Of a stretch of DNA of 64,000 nt, positions 18,993-27,758 are shown piece by piece (position 1 is the first letter of the stretch; each line of letters opens with the position of its first letter). The notes beneath the pieces were generated by a model. The model was not told the origin of the DNA and did not search any database. It saw only the letters and a list, made by a program, of their open reading frames with translations. This DNA is from Nautiliaceae bacterium (GTDB taxonomy: Bacteria; Campylobacterota; Campylobacteria; Campylobacterales; Nautiliaceae), in assembly GCA_039831155.1 (NCBI GenBank), contig JBDONT010000011.1:32367-96366 (forward strand), written 5' to 3'. The translations under genes were made by a program, and so were the position numbers.

Positions 18993-20852
18993 ATGGAATT
19001 TTATGTCACTGCTTCTATAGTGTTGCCTTGGATAGCGGCACTTGTTATTTATTTAGCTAAAAATGACACTGTTACAAATGTATTGTCATTTTTGATGTTA
19101 CCTATTTTAGGCTATTTTGCTTGGGAGGTTTATTTTAGTGATACTTTACCTATGTTAATCGAGACTCCTAAATGGGTGGGTAGTTTAATTACTATTTACG
19201 ATTTCGGTTTACTTAGTTATTTTTTATATCAAGGTATGAAAAACAGAAGTACTTTGGTTTCCGCTTTAGCTATTTTGCAATTGGCTCTTTTAATTATTGT
19301 GGTATTAATGATTCAACATTCGGATACCGCCGATATTTATGTGGATAAATTAACTGCTTTTATGTATATGATTGTAGCGATTGTCGGGGTTCCTATTGCG
19401 ATTTTTGCTACTAAGTATATGGAGTTTGACGAAAAAGGTAAACACAGTTTCGTTGCTATTTTAATTTGGTTTTTAGGTGTTATGAATTTTGCCGTAAGTG
19501 TAAATAACATCGAATGGTTCTTTGCACTGTTTGAAACGACTACTTTAGCTTCATTTGTTTTAATTAGATTCAGAATGGATAAAGAAGCCGTTAATAACGC
19601 CGTTTTAGCTTTATGGATGAATCAAATAGGTGGTGTTGCTATTTTATTCGCTTTATTAATGTTAATAAAAACTAGCGGAATGTATCATTTTACGGATTTA
19701 TTAAGTGTTGATCCTAAAATGTTGTCTTTAGCTGCTTTAGGATTTTTAAGTTTGAGTGCTCTTGTTAAAGGTGCTCAAATGCCTTTTCATAAATGGCTTT
19801 TAGGAGCGATGGTTGCACCGACTCCTGTTAGTGCGATACTTCACTCTGCTACAATGGTAAAAATAGCACCTTATTTACTTCTTAGAATTTCTCCTATTAT
19901 TAAAGGTACGCTTTTAGCTAAACTTTTGATAATTACGACGGGATTCGTTTTCGTAGCGGCGGCTGTAATAGCTCTTACGCAAGATAATTTCAAAAAAATT
20001 CTTGCATATTCTACTATTTCGCTTTTAGGTCTTATGATGCTTGCAGCAGTTGTAGGTACGCCTATTGCTATTACTGCTAGTTTAATTTTAATTCTTTTCC
20101 ACGCATTTGCAAAAGGTTTCTTATTCGTAGAAGCCGGTGTGCTTGAAAAAGTGTTCCATGTAAAATATATTAAAGAGATGAGAAGACTTATCGAAAAAGC
20201 ACCTCTTACACTGATGTTTATTTTCTTCGGATTTTTAAATATGACGTTTGTGCCTTTTGGTACTTTTATAGGTAAATGGTTAATGATAGAAGAGGTTAGT
20301 GGATTTTTATTTCACGGAAGTTATGTACTTTTAATTCTTTATGTAGGTGCCGGAAGTGCGTTTTTAAGTGTGCTTTATATGAAAGTTCTTGGAATTAGTG
20401 TAAGAAAATCTCACGGGATTGAAAAAGTAAAATTTACATCACTTCCTATTAGATTTAATTTCGTTTCGGTTTGGTATTATGCTTGGTTGTTCGCTTTAAC
20501 GATTTTTATCGCACCTTTTATCGCTACTCAATTAGTACCTATTGCCGGCGAAATTAGCGGTAGTTTAGTGAATATTCACGCTGACGGATTATCATTGATA
20601 ATTAATCATTCGACTCTTTATTTCTGGCAAATTATGGGAGCATTGGTAATTTTACTTTTAATTCACGCGTTGCCTTTCTTTGTGAATTTTAAAAATGTGG
20701 ATACGGCAATGCCTTATAACTGTGGGGAAGCGTTTCCAAGACATATCGAAACTTATAATTTCGTATGTATTTCAAAATATGAAAATTATATAGTAGCCTT
20801 TAGTGTTGCTTTATTTATTATGGTACTAGTTCTTGGAGGAGGTTTATTATGA
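18993..20852 (+). CDS. echA: Ech energy-converting hydrogenase antiporter-like subunit A
   Basis: Multi-TM; KGAQMPFHKWL, MVAPTPVSAILHSATMV, KKILAYST (NuoL/MrpA-like); ATG 18993 follows GGAGGG RBS. Confidence 0.88.
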   Translation: MEFYVTASIVLPWIAALVIYLAKNDTVTNVLSFLMLPILGYFAWEVYFSDTLPMLIETPKWVGSLITIYDFGLLSYFLYQGMKNRSTLVSALAILQLALLIIVVLMIQHSDTADIYVDKLTAFMYMIVAIVGVPIAIFATKYMEFDEKGKHSFVAILIWFLGVMNFAVSVNNIEWFFALFETTTLASFVLIRFRMDKEAVNNAVLALWMNQIGGVAILFALLMLIKTSGMYHFTDLLSVDPKMLSLAALGFLSLSALVKGAQMPFHKWLLGAMVAPTPVSAILHSATMVKIAPYLLLRISPIIKGTLLAKLLIITTGFVFVAAAVIALTQDNFKKILAYSTISLLGLMMLAAVVGTPIAITASLILILFHAFAKGFLFVEAGVLEKVFHVKYIKEMRRLIEKAPLTLMFIFFGFLNMTFVPFGTFIGKWLMIEEVSGFLFHGSYVLLILYVGAGSAFLSVLYMKVLGISVRKSHGIEKVKFTSLPIRFNFVSVWYYAWLFALTIFIAPFIATQLVPIAGEISGSLVNIHADGLSLIINHSTLYFWQIMGALVILLLIHALPFFVNFKNVDTAMPYNCGEAFPRHIETYNFVCISKYENYIVAFSVALFIMVLVLGGGLL

Positions 20853-21691
20853 AATTCGAGACATTAATGTTTCTTTTAACTCTTTTTGCTCCTATTTTAG
20901 GAGGACTTGTTTATGGAGTGGAGAGAATAGTAAAAGCTAGAATGCAAAGTAGAATGGGGCCTCCTTTAATGCAGCCTTTTTATGATTTTTTTAAGCTTAT
21001 GGATAAACGTCCTTTAATGGTACATTCATTGCACGCCGTTATGGGAATTATGTATTTTGTTGCTTGTTGGTTTTCTTTGCTGGTTTTATTTATGGGAAAT
21101 GATTTATTAGTAGCCGTATTTTTTCATGTAATTGCCGTTTTAGCTTTAACAATCGGAGCGTTTAGCGTTAGAAGCTCTTATAGTGTAATCGGGGCTATGA
21201 GAGAACTTATGCATATGATTAGTTATGAACCTTTAATGGTTTTAATGGTTGTTGCTTTTTATGAAGTTGTCGGAAGTTTTAATTTAAAAGATATTTTAAA
21301 TTATCAAGGAATTCCTCTTTTTGAAATTCCGGTTGTATTTATAGCTTTTGTTCTTGCTATTCCGATGATGTTACATAAATCTCCTTTTGACGTAGCCGAA
21401 GCTCATCAAGAAATTGTAGGAGGTCCTGAAATAGAATATAGCGGTCCTTTTTATGAAGCGTTATATACCGGTAAATGGATAGAGTATATTTATGTGTTTT
21501 TCTTTGTGTTTTTATTTGGAGGAAGTCATTATTGGTTGGGTGCGTTGCTTATAGTGTTGGTGTTTTTATTTGTAAATGCACTTGATAACGCTAGTGCAAG
21601 ACTTGATTTTAGAAGTATGGTGAAATTCTCATGGTTTGTGCTTATACCGATTTCAGCTCTTAATGTAATCTTTTTATCTTTATGGAGGTAG
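20849..21691 (+). CDS. echB: Ech membrane subunit B (NuoH-like)
   Basis: ARMQSRMGPP..QPFYDFFKL, PFD..EAHQEIVGGPEIEYSG. Confidence 0.88.
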   Translation: MKFETLMFLLTLFAPILGGLVYGVERIVKARMQSRMGPPLMQPFYDFFKLMDKRPLMVHSLHAVMGIMYFVACWFSLLVLFMGNDLLVAVFFHVIAVLALTIGAFSVRSSYSVIGAMRELMHMISYEPLMVLMVVAFYEVVGSFNLKDILNYQGIPLFEIPVVFIAFVLAIPMMLHKSPFDVAEAHQEIVGGPEIEYSGPFYEALYTGKWIEYIYVFFFVFLFGGSHYWLGALLIVLVFLFVNALDNASARLDFRSMVKFSWFVLIPISALNVIFLSLWR

Positions 21692-21693
21692 TT

Positions 21694-22188
21694 ATGGGAA
21701 TTTTTAGTAAATTTAGAAAAAAATCGCCTTGGATTTTACATTATAATACCGGTGGATGTAACGGATGTGATATAGAAATTTTATCCGCTCTTGCACCTAA
21801 ATTCGATATAGAAAGATTCGGAATGTTAAATAGGGGGAATCCTAAACAGTCCGATATTTTACTTGTAACCGGACCGGTTACTAAAAGATGTAGGGATGTT
21901 TTAAGAAGACTTTATCTTGAAATGCCAGAACCTAAAGTGGTAGTGGCAATGGGAGCTTGTGCTCATGGCGGAGGAATATTTAGAGATTTTTATCACGTGG
22001 AAAACGGGGTTGATAATATAATCCCGGTTGATGTTTGGATTCCCGGATGTGCTCCAAGAGTTGAAGCTTTAATTGACGGTATGGTTGAAGCCGTTAAAAT
22101 TTGGGAGAAAAAAACGAAAGAAAAAGAGTATATGAGAAATCATAGCGAAGAATTACTTAAAAAATTAGGAGCTAGAGATGATGATTAA
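21694..22188 (+). CDS. echC: Ech small subunit C (NuoB-like)
   Basis: GGCNGCDIE, GACA..GG, IPGCAPR; GGAGG RBS before ATG 21694. Confidence 0.9.
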   Translation: MGIFSKFRKKSPWILHYNTGGCNGCDIEILSALAPKFDIERFGMLNRGNPKQSDILLVTGPVTKRCRDVLRRLYLEMPEPKVVVAMGACAHGGGIFRDFYHVENGVDNIIPVDVWIPGCAPRVEALIDGMVEAVKIWEKKTKEKEYMRNHSEELLKKLGARDDD

Positions 22189-22552
22189 TCCTGAAGTTAC
22201 GTTTTTTGAAGTAACGCTTGATAATGTGGTTGAACTGATTAAAAATTGGTATGATGAAAACAAATATCATTATGTGACTGTAAATGCTACCGATAGTGGA
22301 AACGGCGTAACTATAGATTGGATATTTTCTAAATACTATGATAAAAATAAATTAGTGGTATTTAGAGCGGAAAATGTAGCGTACGATGCAAAGATTCCTT
22401 CTATTGTAAATGTTATACCTAGTGCATGGATAGCGGAATGGGAGCTTGCGGATTTATTCGGACTTGATGTTGAAAACGCTGCAAAAGGAGTGTTTATAGA
22501 ACCGGATGCTCCTCAAGCTCCGTTAAGAAAAGGAGATAATAATGGGAAATAG
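22178..22552 (+). CDS. echD: Ech subunit D (NuoC-like)
   Basis: IPSI..PSAWIAEWELADLFG; position between echC and echE. Confidence 0.85.
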   Translation: MMINPEVTFFEVTLDNVVELIKNWYDENKYHYVTVNATDSGNGVTIDWIFSKYYDKNKLVVFRAENVAYDAKIPSIVNVIPSAWIAEWELADLFGLDVENAAKGVFIEPDAPQAPLRKGDNNGK

Positions 22553-23627
22553 AATAGTTGTGCCTTTTGGGTCCCAACATGTGGCACTGCCAGAACCGGT
22601 TAGTTTTTTGTTTGAGACTCAAAATGAAGTAATTACAGACGTACAAGTTAATATAGGTTATGTTCACAGAGGTATAGAAAAAGCTGCAATTACTAAGTTT
22701 GAATATACCCAGCTTCCGTATCTTGTAGCTAGGGTTTGTGGGCTTTGTTCTATTACTCACGCCGGTGCTTATACTCACGGAATTGAAAAACTTTTAGGAA
22801 TTGAAACAAATAAAAAAATAGATTACTTAAGAATGCTTGTTGTAGAACTTGATAGAATTCATTCTCATATGCTTGCAAATGGACACGTTGCCGAGGTTGT
22901 AGGGTATGAAAATCTTTTTATGCAAACATTTAGATACAGAGAAGACGTAATGGACATACTTGAAAGAATTACGGGTAATAGAGTTCAGTATGATTATCAA
23001 GTAATAGGTGGTGTTTCTAGAGACTTTGATAAAGAGATAGAGGATTTTGCAAGAGAGAAACTTTTAAAACTTAAAGCAAATACTGAAAAATTGATGGAAT
23101 TTTTTGAAAATGACTATACCTTCGGACTTAAAACAAAAGGAATAGGAACAATTTCAAAAGAGGTGGCGGCTAAATTTAATACGGCGGGACCTATAGCTAG
23201 AGCAAGCGGGCTTGAAACGGACGCAAGAGCTGAATATGATTATCTTCCTTTTGAGGAGGTTGGATATAAGCTTCAAACAAGAACCGAAGGGGATGTTTGG
23301 GCTAGAAATATGGTTAGATTTGATGAAGTTATGAATTCTATTGAAATGTGTCTTAATATACTTGATGGAATTCCTGAAGGAGAACATAGAGTAAAAGTAA
23401 AAGGAAGACCGGACGGAGAAGTCTTTGTAAGAGTTGAAGCTCCAAGGGGAGAATGCTTTTATTATCTAAAAGGAAATAAGACAAAAGTTCTTGAGAGAGT
23501 AAGAATTAGAGTGCCGACTTATGCAAATATTCCGGTGCTAAAAGAACTTTTTGTGGGTGAAAAATATTCAGACGCTCAAGCGATAGTATTGAGCTTTGAT
23601 CCTTGTATGAGTTGTACGGCAAGATAA
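22542..23627 (+). CDS. echE: Ech [NiFe]-hydrogenase large subunit E (group 4)
   Basis: GYVHRGIE, L1 RVCGLC, EAPRGE, L2 DPCMSCTAR at the very C-terminus. Confidence 0.92.
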   Translation: MGNRIVVPFGSQHVALPEPVSFLFETQNEVITDVQVNIGYVHRGIEKAAITKFEYTQLPYLVARVCGLCSITHAGAYTHGIEKLLGIETNKKIDYLRMLVVELDRIHSHMLANGHVAEVVGYENLFMQTFRYREDVMDILERITGNRVQYDYQVIGGVSRDFDKEIEDFAREKLLKLKANTEKLMEFFENDYTFGLKTKGIGTISKEVAAKFNTAGPIARASGLETDARAEYDYLPFEEVGYKLQTRTEGDVWARNMVRFDEVMNSIEMCLNILDGIPEGEHRVKVKGRPDGEVFVRVEAPRGECFYYLKGNKTKVLERVRIRVPTYANIPVLKELFVGEKYSDAQAIVLSFDPCMSCTAR

Positions 23628-23637
23628 AGGAGAAAAA

Positions 23638-24144
23638 ATGATTCAAATGTTTATAGAATCTCTTAAAAACTTAGTTTCAAAACCGGAAACGATTAAATAC
23701 CCTTTTGCTCCTTCTCCTGAGCCTAAAGGATATAGGGGGACTATTCTTTACAATGAAGAGCTTTGTATTTTTTGTGACAAATGTGAAAACATATGTCCTC
23801 CAGGGGCTATAAAATTTGAGGTTGTAGATGTGGAAAGTGGTAAAAAACAATATAACTACAATCCTTATCTTTGTATTTATTGTGGTGCTTGTGTAGATGC
23901 TTGTCCTAAAGCAGATGAAGGATGTTTAATTCAAGCTGAAACAAGAACTCCTGTACTTGGAGAAAGTGTCGTAAAGGATAAGAGACTAGGGTATTTTATA
24001 AATGAGATAGATAACCCTAAGCTTGTAGAAAAAAAATGGCGTGAGCTTGAAATTAGAGCTGCTAAAAGCAGAGAAGATTTAGCAGCGTATAAAAAAGCTA
24101 AAAGAGCCGCAAAAAAGACAGCAAAGGCAAAAGCCTCTGAATAG
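23638..24144 (+). CDS. echF: Ech 2x[4Fe-4S] subunit F (NuoI-like)
   Basis: CIFCDKCENICP and CIYCGACVDACP. Confidence 0.88.
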   Translation: MIQMFIESLKNLVSKPETIKYPFAPSPEPKGYRGTILYNEELCIFCDKCENICPPGAIKFEVVDVESGKKQYNYNPYLCIYCGACVDACPKADEGCLIQAETRTPVLGESVVKDKRLGYFINEIDNPKLVEKKWRELEIRAAKSREDLAAYKKAKRAAKKTAKAKASE

Positions 24145-24164
24145 GCTTTGTTTGTTTGCTTTTT
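24121..24164 (+). terminator. Intrinsic terminator of the ech operon
   Basis: AAAGCCT-CTGAAT-AGGCTTT stem (24130-24149) followed by a T-rich tract. Confidence 0.6.
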
Positions 24165-24202
24165 AGATATAATATCCTTATGTTTTTAATAAGGATGTAA
24201 CA

Positions 24203-25135
24203 ATGAAAGTAGCGTTTTTTGAAGTAAAACCTGAAGAAAAAGAGTTTTTTCAAACACACCTAAAAGATAGTGGTTTAGAGTTTTTTTTCTTTTCTCATCC
24301 GTTGTCTGAAAAAGATAAAGGTGATTATGACGTTATTTCTATTTTTATTCACTCTAAAATTACGGTTTCTGTTTTAGACAACTTCCCTAATTTAAAGTAT
24401 CTTCAAACCCGTTCAACCGGATATGATCATATAGATTTGATGGAGTGTTATAAAAGAGGCATTTTAGTAAGTAATGTAAGAGGATATGCCGGACCTGCCG
24501 TTGGGGAGTTTGCTTTTGGTTTATTGCTTGAAGCTTTGAGAAAGATTTTTGTGGCGATAAACAGAGTAAAAGTCGGTGATTTGAATTATATGGATTTAAA
24601 AGGAAAAGAAATTAGGGGTAAAAAAATAGGTATTTTAGGGTTAGGGCATATCGGTAAAAGCATTGCTACGATAGCTAAGGGATTTGGAGCGGATGTAGTA
24701 GGCTTTGTAAGGGATGTGAGCAAATGTAAAGATGTGGAATGTTATGATAATTTGGAAGAAGTTTTAAAAAGAAGCGATATTTTATTTATCGCACTTCCTT
24801 TAACTCCAAAAACTAGAAATTTAATTAATAAGTCAAATATAGATAAATTGAAAGGGAATATTATTATTAACCCGGCAAGGGCTGAAATTATAGAAGAAGA
24901 TGTTTATGAGGATTTTAAAGGTATTATAGCCGCAGATGTATTGCCTAATTGGGAACTTGCAAAAAAAGATAATATTATAGCCACACCTCATATGGCTTAT
25001 TATACAAAAGAAGCTCTTAATAGAATACTTCAAATCTCCCTTGATAATTTAAACGATTTTCTACATCACAGTAAACCTAGATATTGCTTAAAAGAAGTTT
25101 GTAAAATAGAATACAATTTTAAGGATGAAAAATGA
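24203..25135 (+). CDS. D-isomer-specific 2-hydroxyacid dehydrogenase (D-LDH-like)
   Basis: TRSTGYDHID, GILGLGHIG, INPARA, ADV, TPHMAYYT. Confidence 0.88.
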   Translation: MKVAFFEVKPEEKEFFQTHLKDSGLEFFFFSHPLSEKDKGDYDVISIFIHSKITVSVLDNFPNLKYLQTRSTGYDHIDLMECYKRGILVSNVRGYAGPAVGEFAFGLLLEALRKIFVAINRVKVGDLNYMDLKGKEIRGKKIGILGLGHIGKSIATIAKGFGADVVGFVRDVSKCKDVECYDNLEEVLKRSDILFIALPLTPKTRNLINKSNIDKLKGNIIINPARAEIIEEDVYEDFKGIIAADVLPNWELAKKDNIIATPHMAYYTKEALNRILQISLDNLNDFLHHSKPRYCLKEVCKIEYNFKDEK

Positions 25136-25482
25136 AAAAATTGATATTTTTTCTTTTTAGTATTCCTTTGTTTGCTTGTAGTTCTGATTGTTTGGTTTGT
25201 CATCCTAAACTTAAACCACTTGAATACGACAAACACAATAAATACTATAAAGAACATCATTTTTTGATTACTTGTACAAAATGCCATCCTAATCATAATG
25301 ATAAAGAAATGAGTGAGTGTGGGGCTGACTGCTTTGAATGTCATAGTAGACAAAAACTTATAAATACACCTATTCCTCAACATCAAAGCTTAAAAAGCTG
25401 TACAAAGTGTCATAAAGGTAGTATTACAGATTTAATCCCAATGGATAGAAGTAATAAATTTTTAAATTTTCAAAAAAAATAG
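25132..25482 (+). CDS. Small exported tetraheme c-type cytochrome
   Basis: Signal peptide and four CxxCH motifs (CLVCH, CTKCH, CFECH, CTKCH). Confidence 0.75.
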   Translation: MKKLIFFLFSIPLFACSSDCLVCHPKLKPLEYDKHNKYYKEHHFLITCTKCHPNHNDKEMSECGADCFECHSRQKLINTPIPQHQSLKSCTKCHKGSITDLIPMDRSNKFLNFQKK

Positions 25483-25501
25483 AAATTTTTCTAATTTTTT
25501 C

Positions 25502-25530
25502 TTGACATTAAAAAAGTTTTTTCATATAAT
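25502..25530 (+). promoter_or_regulatory. Consensus sigma70 promoter of the tRNA operon
   Basis: TTGACA (25502-25507), 17-nt spacer, TATAAT (25525-25530). Confidence 0.9.
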
Positions 25531-25566
25531 TTCACTACCACAACGACAGGTTGTGAAAGAAAAGCT

Positions 25567-25642
25567 GACCCGTTAGCTCAGTCGGTAGAGCATCTGCCTT
25601 TTAAGCAGAGGGCCGTTGGTTCGAATCCAACACGGGTCACCA
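25567..25642 (+). tRNA. tRNA-Lys (UUU)
   Basis: Acceptor stem GACCCGT/ACGGGTC, anticodon loop CTTTTAA, GTTCGAATC, CCA end. Confidence 0.97.
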
Positions 25643-25649
25643 CTTAAAT

Positions 25650-25724
<75 letters not shown>

Positions 25725-25760
25725 CTTCAAAAGTCCTAATCCACTTATAAAATTTTGTTT

Positions 25761-25836
25761 GGTCGCTTAGCTCAGTTGGGAGAGCACCAGCCTTACAAGC
25801 TGGGGGTCGCAGGTTCGAGCCCTGCAGCGACCACCA
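25761..25836 (+). tRNA. tRNA-Val (UAC)
   Basis: GGTCGCT/AGCGACC stem, anticodon loop CTTACAA, GTTCGAGC, CCA end. Confidence 0.97.
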
Positions 25837-25844
25837 CTTCAAAT

Positions 25845-25921
<77 letters not shown>

Positions 25922-26133
25922 TTACTTCAAAAACTCCTTAATTTAGGTATTTTTTAAAAATCAAGGAGATAAGTGTCAGTTTTTTTTTGTTTATTTTCTG
26001 ACATCTTAACTGATAGTTAAGATATATTTATTGTATAATAACATCGTTTAAAAACGATGATTCTTTCATTCCAAGTATTTTATTTCTGATAATTTTAATT
26101 TCTTTTAAATCAGCACTTTTGCCATGAACACTC

Positions 26134-26476
26134 TCATTTATTTTGAAAATCTTTAATACAATTAGGAAGTATTTGCAATGTGAAAAAAGTAAAATTTTTA
26201 TTGTTAAATTTATCAAAAATTGCAGATTTTATTTTTGGAGTTTTAAGAAGTTTTTTCATTGTGCTTAAATTCGGTTTGTGGATAAAAAAATCTTTCATTT
26301 TAAAATCTACTCCCTGAACGGAATAAGAAATATCACTTGTTTCCTTACACTTTCTTTTAAATTTATTAAAGTGGCGAATTAATTGTTTTAATTCTGTTTC
26401 TGTGAAGTTTGTATTGTATCTTATATCGGTACAAACTTGAAATTCTCCAACCTCTTTACAATATAATGCCCCCCAT
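26134..26476 (-). pseudogene. Frameshifted hypothetical gene (about 113 aa if one G is removed from the G6 run after ATG)
   Basis: AAGGCTAAAA-ATG start context; ATG GGG GGC ATT ATA TTG TAA stops at once, but the adjacent frame stays open to TGA at 26136-26134. Confidence 0.55.
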
Positions 26477-26546
26477 TTTTAGCCTTTTTTTTAATTGTAA
26501 CTTGATAAATGTTATATCGTGGCGGGTTTAGAAAGAGAAAAGATTT

Positions 26547-27146
26547 TTAAAATAGTTCAAGATATTTTCTTTTTTTTATTCTTGCACCTGGATGGTAAGC
26601 TTTTATAAAGGTTACATTTGGAAAAAGTTCGCTTTTATATATGTTTTTTTCTTTATTTTTAAGTTTTAAAATATCTTTAACAAAATAAAATGTTCCACCC
26701 AATACAACAATTTTAGGCTTTAACAACTCCAATTCTTTAATAATAAATTCTTCATACCCCTCAACGAAATTACGCATTGTTTTATTACTGACTTTTGATT
26801 TAGCTTTAATCTTTTTTAAATTTAAAACTGCAATATTTAATAAACTTTTTTTTCTTTGTTTTTCCGCTTCACTAAAAGTTATATTTGGATTTAAAAGTTT
26901 TGCCGTAGCTCTTCCGACATTATGCCAAGTTATGCCTTTCCATAAACCTGATTTTTTATTATTTTCTTCAACAACTCTTTTAATCAACTCATTAATTGGC
27001 TTACTATAATCATTTGTGTCTTTTAAAATCCAAACAACATCTTGATATTTATCCTTATCCACAATTCCATCTTTTACAAAAGTTGCATTTATTCCTTTTT
27101 CATTGTAAGTTTTTTCCCATGCTTTGAATAATTTTTCTAAATTCAT
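26547..27146 (-). CDS. Uracil-DNA glycosylase-like superfamily protein
   Basis: WILKDTN, IAVLNLKK, ELELLKPKIVVLGG, C-terminal AYHPG; AAAGGAG RBS. Confidence 0.6.
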   Translation of the reverse strand: MNLEKLFKAWEKTYNEKGINATFVKDGIVDKDKYQDVVWILKDTNDYSKPINELIKRVVEENNKKSGLWKGITWHNVGRATAKLLNPNITFSEAEKQRKKSLLNIAVLNLKKIKAKSKVSNKTMRNFVEGYEEFIIKELELLKPKIVVLGGTFYFVKDILKLKNKEKNIYKSELFPNVTFIKAYHPGARIKKRKYLELF

Positions 27147-27158
27147 TGTTTTCTCCTT

Positions 27159-27713
27159 TCAAATCTCGATAATAATTATATAACAATTCATTTTTTTATA
27201 ACAACTATTTACAATTATGCTTTTATTTACCTTATCTTTTAATTTCATCGGATTGTGAATATGTCCACATAAAACAAATTCCGGGTTAAAATCGTTTTCA
27301 AGCAAAGCCCTTAAATATTCATCTCCGAAATCCCTGAACTTTCTATCCGTTGAAGTAAAAGTTTTGTTTGGTGGGACGTGATAGACTAAAATGTCACAGT
27401 CATAATCAAACTCATCACTCATATAAGGCTTTGAATCTATTTTTAATCCGTTGATTTCAAGCTTTTTATGGACGAATATATTATCACCTTCCAAATCATA
27501 CAGCCAGTTACCCTTATCAATTGCTACATCGTGATTACCGGAGGATATAATTACGGGTACTTTAAAATTTTTCAGCCAATCTTTGATTATTTTAATATCA
27601 TCTTCTCTTTCAATCAAATCACCGCTTATTGCTACAAGCTCATTATCATATTTTAAAGATTCTTTCATTATCTTAGTATTCCCGTGAATATCGGTGATGT
27701 GTAAAATTTTCAT
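27159..27713 (-). CDS. Calcineurin-like metallophosphoesterase
   Basis: DIH, GDL, GNHD, HVPP and GHIH motifs in canonical order. Confidence 0.9.
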   Translation of the reverse strand: MKILHITDIHGNTKIMKESLKYDNELVAISGDLIEREDDIKIIKDWLKNFKVPVIISSGNHDVAIDKGNWLYDLEGDNIFVHKKLEINGLKIDSKPYMSDEFDYDCDILVYHVPPNKTFTSTDRKFRDFGDEYLRALLENDFNPEFVLCGHIHNPMKLKDKVNKSIIVNSCYKKMNCYIIIIEI

Positions 27714-27758
27714 TTTATTTCTTCATTTAACAACTTTGATTTGAGGTAGACAACTTCT

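Noticed and set aside
25922-27758. Integrated element with att sites at tRNA-Asp
   Set aside because: No duplicate of the tRNA 3' end and no integrase seen in the interval; treated only as an accessory islet
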